From Octopus sinensis (Eukaryota), in assembly GCF_006345805.1 (NCBI RefSeq), contig NC_043003.1:90024001-90088000 (forward strand): a DNA stretch of 64,000 nucleotides. Reading direction: 5' to 3'. The position numbers and the translations under genes are program-made. The notes below the pieces were generated by a model. It made no database searches and was not told the origin of the DNA. It saw nothing but the letters and a program-made list of their open reading frames with translations. Of the stretch, positions 44,401 to 56,700 are shown piece after piece. Position 1 is the first letter of the stretch. Each line of letters begins with the position of its first letter.

Positions 44401-45108
44401 AGATGATTGGGATGGAGCTAGAAAGGAATAAAATAGTGATGGTGAGGGTGTTGGGCAAACCCTCAAGGTAGGAGGTGCATAAGAGTAGGGACAGAAGAAC
44501 TGAGAATGTAGATAGATAGAGTTGGCAAGATTGTATAGGAGACTGAGAGATGGGGAATGGGTGAGGATTGTGTGAATATAATGAATGTAGAACAAGTGTT
44601 GATGGGTAGATATAGTGAATGGTTGTCGGGTGTCCAACAAGGCATGAGAAATACATGCATGCACACATACAGAGGGCTTCTTGCAGTTTCTGCCTATCAA
44701 ATTCCCTCATGATTTCATGTCTCTGGTGTGGAGCTATGATAGAAGACACTTATGCAAGGTACCACACAATGGCACTGAGACTTGAAACCATGTGGGTTCT
44801 TAATCACATAGTCATGCTTGTGTGTGTGTGTGTGATGGCAGTCTCTCATGGTCTGAGAAAGACAGTTCTGCAATTTGTAGCTGAACAGCCTACACAAATG
44901 ATTTGTTTATAGTGATCAAATGTATGATGCAGTACATTAGCTCACTTCCACCATATGTCAGATGCTGAAAAGACTGCAGAGCAATGTGAGATGAAGTGTA
45001 TTGCTGAAGAACACAATGTACCACCTGGTAAAGAAATTGAAACCACAATCTCAATTTTGAGTACAACAATTTCCTAACCACTAGCCATGTATCCTCACAC
45101 ACCCACAT

Positions 45109-45180
<72 letters not shown>

Positions 45181-47810
45181 TGGTGGCTGCCCCCTTGTTA
45201 TCGAGTATGGCCATAGCACGAAGCTTAATCAATGTTGTTATCATGCAATGCCTGTGCAACAAGATTTTTTTTTAAAGTGAGGAAAGGCTCTGCACTGAGT
45301 CAATCCCACTCACTAAGCAACAGCAGCCATAATCTGAAAAGAAGTCAACATCATCGGTAACCACTGAGTCACAGGTTTTATGTCGGAGTTATCCCAGTTA
45401 CCTGAGTTACCTTCTCCTAGAAGGATGCCCTAACAAAGGCTAGGAGTCCTTCACACTCAATGGTTTAACTGCGCAATCGGGTATTCAGTCCGATTATTTC
45501 TATGTCCCAGCGCATGATACAGCCTTAAGACATTTATTGGATGGCCGTTGACTCTCAAGAGTTCCTCCGCCCTTTGACGGGTTTTGTTTTTCATCTCGCA
45601 GGGTATCCAATAAACACCCTCCTCACCAAGCAAGCTTGGTGGGGTTGCCGGTTTAGTCACCGTCAACCCGACCATGCAACAGGTTGTACTGGGTTACATG
45701 TTACCAGTAGCACTCGAAAGAGACCTGACATATATATATATTTAAAAAAAATTTTTTTTTATCTAGTTTCAGCTCACGAGCTGTGGCCATGCTGGGGCAC
45801 CTCCATTTGGTGTTGCTACATGATTTTACTTCACGAATGCTTTTTAGCAATTGACATTTGGTGCATGAGAGAGTTCGATGCAGCTGCCCTCATCTGCACC
45901 TCCTGCCGTGAAGTTGGTTCATCTGGGACACCTGACAGGAAGAGATCCAGTTTTATTTTAAAGACATCTGCATCCACCCCATGCAGGTCTCTCAGGTCCT
46001 TCGGGAGGATATTGAAGAGCTGTGGACCTCTGAAGCCCAGGCTATCACAGTATCTTGTCCTACATCTTGATGGCAAATTTGGAGTCCTTGGCACTATGCA
46101 GTGGCACCCAGTTCTAGTATTTGTGTAACTCTCGATGCCAAAGTTTGGGACAAGTCCTTCCAGGATCTTCCAGATGTATATTATGGCATATCTTTCCCGC
46201 CTACACTCTAAGGAATAGAGTCTCAATCTCTTGAGTCTTTCCCAATAGCTTATATGCTGCACAGAGGCTATCTTCTTCGTGTAGCTTCGGTGGATTGCCT
46301 CAAGTTCTGTGATCAACTTGACACTGATTGGTGACCATAGCTGAGAGCAATAGTCAAAGTGGCTTAGGACAAGTGTCCTCCAGAGGACCATCATGGTTTC
46401 CTGGTCTCTTGTTCTAAAAGCTCTAAGAATCCATCTGGTAAGCCACCTACATTTCATTGGCTACTACCACCTGACTTCTATCCTTCAGAAAGTCTTGAAG
46501 CCATTCTCCCAGTTTTCCAAATAAACCAAGATCACGCAGTTTGTGACATATCATTCCATGATCGACTTTATCAAAGGCCTTTGCAAAGTCGAGATATATC
46601 ACTTCCACATTTGAGTATTTGAGCAGTCGTTTCAGCACCCAGTCATAGTGCTGTAGGAGCTGAGTTAAGCAGCTTCTTCCTGGTCAGAAACCATGTTGGG
46701 TGTCAGGCAGCAAGTCATTTTCTTCAAGGAAGGTGATTAGTTTCCTTCTGACTATTCGTTCCATGACCTTGCTGATGTGTGAGGTCAGAGAGATAGGTCT
46801 GTAGTTCTTGGTCTCCGCTCTGCTACCTCTTTTATGAATAGGGCATATTTTACCCTCCTTCAGTTTTCTTGGAAGTTTGCCAGCTGCAAGGAAGCTCTGA
46901 AAGAGGAACTGTAATGGTCTTGCTAGGACTCTCTTACATACTTTTAGGAGGATTGGTGGGAATCCATCGGGGCCAGTAGCTGAGTTTGTTTTTATTTCAT
47001 CTATAGCCTTTATTACATCATCTTCCTTTATATTGATGTAATCAATCATCGTTGCCTCTGATTTTATATCTGCAGTGGTAAAGAAGTCAGTTGGATTGCT
47101 GACTTGAAAATGCCCTAGGGGTGGAGTGAAAATACTTTTGAATTGCTCATTTAGTATTTCACTTATCCTCATTGGATTTACTGTGAGTGTACCATCTTTT
47201 TGAAGGAGTGGCCATATCCTACAGTGTGTGTATATATATATATATATATATAATATATATATATATATATACACACATACATATATATATATATATATAC
47301 ACACATACATATATATATATACATACATATATATATATACATACATATATACATATACATACATATACATATACATATATATATATATACATAAACATAT
47401 ACATATATACATACATATATATATACATATATATATATACATATATACATATACATACATATATATACTATATACATATATATATATATACATATATATA
47501 TACTATATATATATATATACATATATATATACATATATATATATATATACATATATATATACATATATATATACATATATATATATACATATATATATAC
47601 ATATATATATATACATACATATATATATACATACATAAATATATACATATACATTCATACATATATACATACATACATAAATACATACATACATAAATAC
47701 ATACATATATACATACATATATACATACATATATACATACATATATATACATATACATACATATATATATATACATACATACATATATATACATACATAC
47801 ATATATATAC

Positions 47811-47877
<67 letters not shown>

Positions 47878-50800
47878 TACATATATACATATATATGTAT
47901 ATATATATATGTATATATATATACATATATATATATACCCTATATATATATATACATATATATATATACCCTAAGCCTAAAAACCTTAACCCTAACCCTA
48001 AAACCTTAAAACCAGTACAAACGCATGAACGATGTCATAAAGAACGGTGACAAGTGAAAGGTGCGCAGCCGATATTTGTTGTTGACAAGCAACGGCAGTG
48101 GTTTTATTCTGCTGAGTGCACGTCATTGATTGGTTGAAGTTGCCGAAATGGGACTACTTTGGCGTGAAATGGCTTCGTGAATGTAGGTTTTTCTCGGGAA
48201 TGCTGGGGGTGGGAGACGTTTTGCGTGGCGCATTCTACCAGTGTCCGAGGTTTGAAGGTGTTTAGTTACAAAAAAATATTTATAAAATTTGTTGATCAAA
48301 AGGTAAAGATCCTATATTTGTTTTTTGTTATCTTCCAAATGCCATCTTAATATACCAATGTATTGCCAGCCTCGCCTGGCCCCCGTGCCAGTGACACGTA
48401 AAAGCACCATCCGTTTCGTGGCCGTTTTCCAGCTCTGTCTGGCTCCCGTGTTGGTGGCACGTAAAAGCACCATCCGTTCGTGTCCGTTGCCAGCCTCGCC
48501 TGGCCCCCGTGCCAGTGACACGTAAAAGCACCATCCGTTCGTGGCCGTTTGCCAGCTCTGTCTGGCACCTGTGCGGGTGGCACGTAAAAAGCACCCACTA
48601 CACTCACGGAGTGGTTGGCGTTAGGAAGGGCTTCCAGCAGTAGAAACACTGCCAGATCGGACTGGGCCTGATGAAGCCTTCCAGCTTCACAGACCCCAGT
48701 TGAACCGTCCAACCCATGCTAGCATGGAGAACGGACGCTAAATGATGATGATGATGATGATATATACATATATATATATATACATATATATATGATTGAT
48801 TGATTGATTGATTGACTCTAGTTTCAGCTCACGAGCTGTGGCCATGCTGGGGCACCTCCATTTGGTGTTGCTACATGGTTTTACTTCACGAATGCTTTTT
48901 AGCAACTGCCATTTGGTGCATGGGAGAGTTCGATGCAGCTGCCCTCATCTGTACCTCCTGCCGTGAAGTTGGTTCATCTGGGATACCTGACAAGAAGAGA
49001 TCCAGTTTCATTTTAAAGACATCTGCATCCACCCCATGCAGGTCTCTTAGGTTCTTCGGGAGGATATTGAAGAGCTGTGGGCCTCGGAAGCCCAGGCTAT
49101 CACAGTATCTTGTCCTACATCTTGATGGCAAATTTGAAGTCCTAGGCACCACGCAGTGGCGCCCAGTTCTGGCATTTGTGTAACTCTCGATGCCAAAGTT
49201 TGGGACAAGTCCTTCCAGGATCTTCCAGATGTATATTATGGCATATCTTTCTCACCTACGCTCCAAGGAATAGAGTTTTAATCTCTTGAGTCTTTCCCAG
49301 TAGCTTATATTCTGCACAGAGGCTATCTTCTTCGTGTAGCTACGTTGGATCGCCTCGAGTTCTGTGATCAACTTGACACTAGATGGTGACCATAACTGAG
49401 AGCAATAGTCAAAGTGGCTTAGGACAAGTGTCCTCCAGAGGACCATCATGGTTTCTTGTTCTCTTGTTCTAAAGGTTCTGAGAATCCATCCGGCCAGTCG
49501 TCTACATTTCATTGCCAATTTAGCAACATGTACACGAAAGGTTGCGTCATCACTCATGTAAATACCCAGGTCACGCACTGATTGTGCCTCTGGGATTGCT
49601 ATTCCTCCGGGTCCAGTGTATTCATTGGGTATTGCATTTAGTTTTGCATGCTGATAGTATAAAGCTTGAAACTTCTCAGCATTGAACTGCATGCTATTCT
49701 TTGCAGCCCACTTGTATATTTTGTCCAGCTCACATTGCAGGCGTTTAGTGTCCTCAGGGTTCTGTATTGCCCGTGAAACTTTTGTATCATCTGCATAACT
49801 TGTGATCGTGGCTCTCTGCGTGGCTGAGGGCATGTCTGAGAGGGCCATTATGAACAGTAGTGGTCCCAAAACAGTGCCCTGCGGAACACCGCTCACTATT
49901 TGCGTGTTAATGGAAGTGGCTAAAATTGGCTACTACCACCTGACTTCTATCTTTCAGAAAGTCATGAAGCCATTCTCCCAGTTTTCCAACTATGTTGAGA
50001 TCACGCAGTTTGTGACATATCATTCCATCATCGACTTTATCAAAGGCCTTTGCAAAGTCGAGATATATGACTCCACATTTGAGTGGTTGAGCATCCGTTT
50101 CACAGCAACCAGTCATAGTGCTGTAGGAGCTGAGTTAAACAGCTTCTCCCTGGTCGGAAACCATGTTGGGTGTCGGGCAGCAAGTCATTTTCTTCAAGGA
50201 AGGTGATCAGTTTCCTTCTGACTATTCGTTCCATGACCTTGCTGATGTGTGAGGTCAGAGAGATAGGTCTGTAGTTCTTGGCCTCCGCTCTGCTACCTCC
50301 TTTATGAATGGGGCATATTTTACCTTCCTTCAGTTTACTTGGAAGTTTGCCAGCTGCAAGGAAGCTCTGAAAGAGGAACTGCAGTGGTCTTGCTAGGACT
50401 CTCTTACTTACTTTTAGGAGGATTGCCGGGAATCCATCGGGGCCAGTAGCTGAGTCTGTTTTCATTTCATCTATAGCCTTTATTACATATATATATATAC
50501 ATATATATATATATACCGGAGTAAACACATAAATGTGAAACAAGGTGGAAAAAAGAGTACTCAAATACCAGTGGTAGAGTAATATGCTTTATTTTAAGCA
50601 GCAGAAAATTCAACAAAATCTGTTACTCTGAGTTTCTCGTTGCCGTTCATCAGACAGTTTTTTGCTAGAATGGAACATATATATAATTCAATCTATACTC
50701 TTACAAACGCTACAAACGCTGCTACACCTTTAAAAGAAATGGACTTGTTGATTGGCCCTTTAGAAAAAACGGTCAATCTTCCGAACGATAAACAAAAAGG

Positions 50801-51888
50801 TCAAAAATATATGTATATATATATAAAAAAACTTATAAAAATTATAAAATCCGAGGAAAAACCTATTGCCGTAATGAAGACAGTACAAATTAATGCATAG
50901 AAATTAAACCTGTTATAAATACTGCAATACATATTTATATTAAAATCCACATATATATCAACATACACAAAAGGATGCGCGTAAACGCCATACATACATA
51001 TGCAGACGTATGATATGAATCTAAATTATACACATAAAAGCATGTGTACATATATTCACGCAACCGTCTCGCACGCAAGCTAAAATTCATCTATGCAGCA
51101 ATTCTCATATACTGAGCAAGCAGGGGGAACGAAAGAAAGGGAAAGAGAGAAAAAGGAACGAAGGAGGGGTGGGGAAAAACTTGTAGCGATATTATTGCAT
51201 CTNNNNNNNNNNNNNNNNNNNNNNNNNNNNNNNNNNNNNNNNNNNNNNNNNNNNNNNNNNNNNNNNNNNNNNNNNNNNNNNNNNNNNNNNNNNNNNNNNN
51301 NNCCATAGTGTCAACATGGTCTCGCAGTCTCTTGTCCGGAATGTCCTCAGGATCCAGCCAGTGAGTCGTCTGCACATTGTCGCCACCTTCGCGATGTGTG
51401 AAGAAAAAGATGCATCGTCACTCATGTCTATCCCCAGGTCCCGTATTGATTTCGATACTGGGATTTCGATCCCTCCTGGACCAGTATAGTTGTGTTGTAA
51501 TGTATATGTGTTTACAGCTTGATATTGTAAGGCTTGAAATTTACCAGCATTAAATTGCATGTTGTTGTCTTCAGCCCATTTGTATATGGCATCCAGATCT
51601 TGTTGTAAAAGATGTATATATATATGTATATATATATATATGAGATACCCATATCTTCATGGCTGAAACAGCTCTAAGATGTAGTTTATAATTATATTTA
51701 TTTATATTCTCTTATACATATTGTACTTATTGTATCATATTACTCATTGATGTGCATTGTTTTGTTCTATACTATTATGTTTGACCTTGATGTTCATATG
51801 TAGTGGTTTAATAAATTATGTGATTGGGTATTATCTGGTAGTTGATTATTGATTAAGGTGTATTTCTCCATTTTCTTATTTTGTATAT

Positions 51889-51931
<43 letters not shown>

Positions 51932-51954
51932 CTATATATATATATATATATATA

Positions 51955-51985
<31 letters not shown>

Positions 51986-53733
51986 TATATGTATATATAC
52001 ATATATGTATATATATATATATATACATATATATAAACTGGCAAAATGACCATTCTGAAATATAATATATATATATCTATGTATTATTTTATTTATTATG
52101 GAATAAAAATTCCAGCGACACAGGGATTCAAATAAAATGATTTATGCTCGATAAGGAAATATATGTCATTTAGAGATAGAAGTCCCCATGCAATTCATCA
52201 AATCCTAATATACATCACACCATATAATAGAATTTTATTTCAATACTTACTAATCATTTTCTATATATATATGATTAAAGTAAAAGTTTAGACTAAAGAA
52301 CATAGTCACAAGAAAATGTCACTAAAGAGGTTGTTTTTCACAAATATGAGCCCAAATATCAGTTTGAAGGAAAAGATTTTCTTACCTCAAGTTCTGGCAG
52401 TAAATGAAGAATATCTGGAAGAGTGATCAGGCGATTTTGACTTAGAAGAAGTTTCTTTAGTTTACCACATCTGAAAAAGAAAATATAATTTAAATATTCA
52501 TTCAATAATTTTATATGAAGATCAGTTTTGATTTAGTGAGTCTAATGCATCTGAAATTTTTATCTCCTGACACAACTGAAGATGGACATATAACTTTTGT
52601 ATATTATTCTTACTTCCTGATTACAAGTAAATGAACTGGTATATTTGAAAAATGCCTTAGTACAAAAACAAAGCTTGTGTCCGGCTAATGTAAGATGGTG
52701 TCAATGTTTAAACAGTGGAACATCATTAGCTCTAATTCTAAATTTCAAATCCTTGATCAGATAACTTTATTCTTGCCTGTAGAAAGAGCACACATAAAAA
52801 CTAATGAGGTTTTTACAGGGTTACTTGATCTACTAGAATAGCAACCATATTACTTTCAGGTGACACTGTACTGTCTTAAAAAAGAAGGAAGGAAATATAA
52901 GATGTGGTCTGAGATAAACTTATGACAATATGGAAAATAAGACACTTTTAATTGTAGATCTGCTTGATCAGGACTTGGGACTAAACAACACCACCAACAA
53001 CAAATATTTCGTTACACATGCATTACATGTCCATAGCCAAATAGCTGACTTTATCTTGCAGACACCAACCAGTATCTTCATTTGCTAAATGTTCTCTTCC
53101 TTTCTTTCTCTCTCAGCTCAGATGCTTTACTTTCCAGGTAATGAATGTTACACATCTATGAGAATATAATTACTTTATTTCTTTCTAATCCATTTCTTTC
53201 TTTCTAATATCTTGCATATTTAATGATCAATGATTCATTTCTGTTATTGTCGTTATACTTTAAATGGAAACTTACCTGCAAAGTCCTTCAGGAATCATCT
53301 CAAGGTTGTTGTCAGTGGCACTGAAAGTTTCCAGATTATGCAGTTTTCCAATACTAGCAGGGATGCCGTCAAAATCCAGTTTGTTACTGTTCACATATAG
53401 TTTCTTAAGAGAACCAAGTTTATGCAGTGAAGACTGATATAAAATAAAGTATATATACATATATATTAAAACAATATATATAAAGGGGGCAAAAATCAAT
53501 AACAAAAGACAAAATCAAATACAAAAACAACATATTGGCAAGAAATGTTCGGTTAATATTATCAAAGACTCAAAGAAAGAAAAAAGTTATGAAGTTACAG
53601 AGTAAAAGTTTGACATTTTAGATATCATCCTTTATTGGCTATACAGAGAAAGATCCAGGGAAGAAGAGAAGATGGAGAAAAAGAGGACCATGGAAAAAAA
53701 TGCATGTGAGAATTTCACAGGATTCTCTCTCTA

Positions 53734-53789
<56 letters not shown>

Positions 53790-56700
53790 AGAGAGAGCAA
53801 ATAGTAAATACACATATATTATCATTCTTACTGTCCCAATTTCCAAGCTTGCTCGGGTTGGACAGAGTTTATTGAGGCAAGATTTTCTGTGGTTAGATGC
53901 CCTCCCTGCCACCAACCCTCACCTGTTTAAAAGTAAAGGTAATATTTCTTACAACATTCTGCAATTATTGCAGGTACTCTAAAATCTAAATTAACACCAT
54001 ATTTTTTCATATTCAGAATTGCTGAAGCATGGAATAGAATACCCACATCAATTGTTAGCTGTCAGGACACTGCATCTTTCAAAAATTCTATGCCACCCAA
54101 TACAACTTCTGCGTATGCATCCTTTTCCTCTTTATGGCCCATTTTTTATTTTTGTAAGTTATCCTGTGTACTATGCATGTACTTTTGCCTGTCATTGCTG
54201 TCTTCACTTGACTTATTGCTGCTCTCTGTCCTCTCTTTTACTCTTTTTTGATGAGCTGTAGTGCACTTGAGTACTATCTACAATAAGCACATTGTAAGTA
54301 TTATTACCAAGGTAGTGAGCTAGTAGAATTGTTAATGTTATGGACGAAATGCTTAGCAGCATGTCTTCCACCTCTTTACATCTTGCCGAGGTCAACTTTG
54401 CCTTTTATCCTTTCAGGCTCAATAAAATTAAGTACCAGTCAAGTAATTAAGTTGATGTAACTGACTTGCCTCCTCCACTGAAAATTACTGGCCTTGTGTC
54501 AAAATTAGAAGGAATTATTATTGCTCTCCAAGCTTCATATAGTCTACACTTTAGAGAGAGAGAGACTTAGTTGCTATCAGAGGCAGTATTTTGTAATCCT
54601 CTAAATTTCTTACAGACTCTGAACTCTAAAGTCTATTTTATTAAAAGATCCTTCAGAATTAAGTTAATTAGGCAACAACGTTAATTTAACTACTGATTGA
54701 AAACAGTTCATCTTCAATATGCGAAGGAATAAAAATTAAAATTTATATTAAGTACATGTCTGACACAAACTTTATCAACTATATAAGGTTAACAAATGAA
54801 ATTTGGCAGAATTTAACATCATGCTGAAGCATTTCTGCCAATACAGAATACATACATTTAGTCTCATGTTTTAATATTTCTACCACACCACAATAAATAC
54901 AAAGTAAAAGAAAATGCTTTGTTGATTACTCACAGGTAGAGCAGTCAATTTGTTACGGGAAAGATTTAGCATTTCCAAGTTTACCCAGGTATCTAAACAA
55001 AGAAAGATATGTAATAAGCAATAATAATGCTGAATTATTGTTCATACATTAGCACAAAGCCTCAAATTGAGGGAAAGGTGTAATACATTACAATTAGCCC
55101 TCAGTACATAAGTGTTACTTATGTAAGAGTTAAGGATGAAAAGCGATACTTCACATTTATTTGTTTTGCAAGATTCTTGATGTGAAATCATGAATTGAAA
55201 GAGATATTGTTATATTTGGAGATGGGAGACACATGGGATGGAGAGTCACTGAAAAGGTCACAGGACGTGTGATGAAAGAACTTTGACAAAGAAGCTAAAG
55301 TAATAATAATAAAGCTGAAGTGAAGAACAAATATAAAGTGTGTGTTTAATTGGCAAAATATGACCATTCCCAAGTCACATTTTGCCAATCAAACACACAC
55401 TGTATATTTGGTCTTCACTTAAGCTTTATTATTATTATTATTGTTTTAGTTTCTTTGTCAAAACTCTCATCACACACCCTGTGACCTTTTCAGTAACTCT
55501 ATCCCAGTAATGTTTGAATTTGGAACATTCTACCATAAAATAAAGAATGGAATGAGATTCAAAATTTCTGATATAGAATAAATTTTTTAAAAATTTCAAA
55601 CAACTTATTCAATGCCTAACAGAAAGTGTTTTATCACAGATGACAAAGGGAAAATTCTTCTTATAGAAAGGTAAAAAAAAAAAAATGATTAGAGTAAAGT
55701 AACTAATTTTTACAACTGATATGGTAACTACTAACAGCATTGAAAGCTGATTGTAATGAAACAGAACAGATACTAAAAAGAAATATTGGGCAACTGATAA
55801 CCTATTATAGTGACAAACTGATATCTCAGGTGAAAAATAGGAAAAAAATAATGGTACTGGAATGGATTAATTAACAGAAAGCATTTAGGATGAACCCTTA
55901 TTCCTCACCTCTAAAGTACATGAAAATAATTGGCATCTTTGATAGAATATGAAACTTTAAGAAGGTACATAGTCCTTGAAAGTTGAATTATCAGGCAGTG
56001 AAGTGTGCAGGAATGAAATTGAGATTAAAAGAGCATTTTTTTAGGATTTACTATCTTCACTTGTTTTTTTTTTTATGTCTTATGTATTATGAAAAAGTCA
56101 AAATAAAATTTATTAAAAAAAATCAAACCCATCTGATACTTCTGGATGACCTCAAACATTACTTCAGAATTAAGAATGTGCAAATTTCTTTAATACAGTC
56201 TCTCAGAATTTTCAGTTCTAATGTTTGCATGCCATTTAATAGGAAGTGTGACATAATAAAATCAAAGGAAAAAAAGAATCACCTTTCAGAATACCACACA
56301 ATAGAGAAGATAATGAGGGATAAAACATTCAAGATGCAGAAGGTAAAAGTGATATTCAAATAGATCAAATTGAAAAAAAAAAATGAGAGGAAGATAAAGA
56401 ATTCTTGAAACAAAAATGGAAGGATAATCATGAAAAGGGCTATACAAAATATTCAGATATTCTTCAGCATGTTTCCTGACTGAAAGATGAACTTGGCACC
56501 AACCTAACTGATTAGAAGGAAACTGACAGATTTTATTTTGCAATAATCTATTGTGAAGATGTTGAAAATTAAACAGGCTTGTTACTAAATTGAAATTTAG
56601 CTGTATACACTGTATGTACTAATCTTTTGATAAATCTGCATGAAATTTTGATTGTAATAATAATGAGATTAGTACATACAGTGTATATAGCTTGTTAAGA

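Noticed and set aside
45600-45729. HDV-like ribozyme at the 5' end of the RTE-like element ('gaCTAAaccggc')
   Set aside because: No upstream P1/P2/P3 partners could be found; the element abuts a TA tract.
45541-46128. 195-aa plus-strand ORF (and similar ORFs at 48812, 49802, 58718, 59273)
   Set aside because: Antisense frames of LINE coding sequence.
47178-47926. Long Y/I/M/C-rich ORFs on both strands
   Set aside because: Translations of (TA)n/(TACA)n microsatellite; not genes.
47968-48010. Interstitial telomere
   Set aside because: Only a few degenerate CCCTAA units, within a repeat element.
51641-51681. 3' half of a hammerhead (GAAA-CAGCTC-TA-AGATG)
   Set aside because: CUGANGA and stem I 5' strand are absent (replaced by TA repeat) and stem II is unconvincing; at most a relic.
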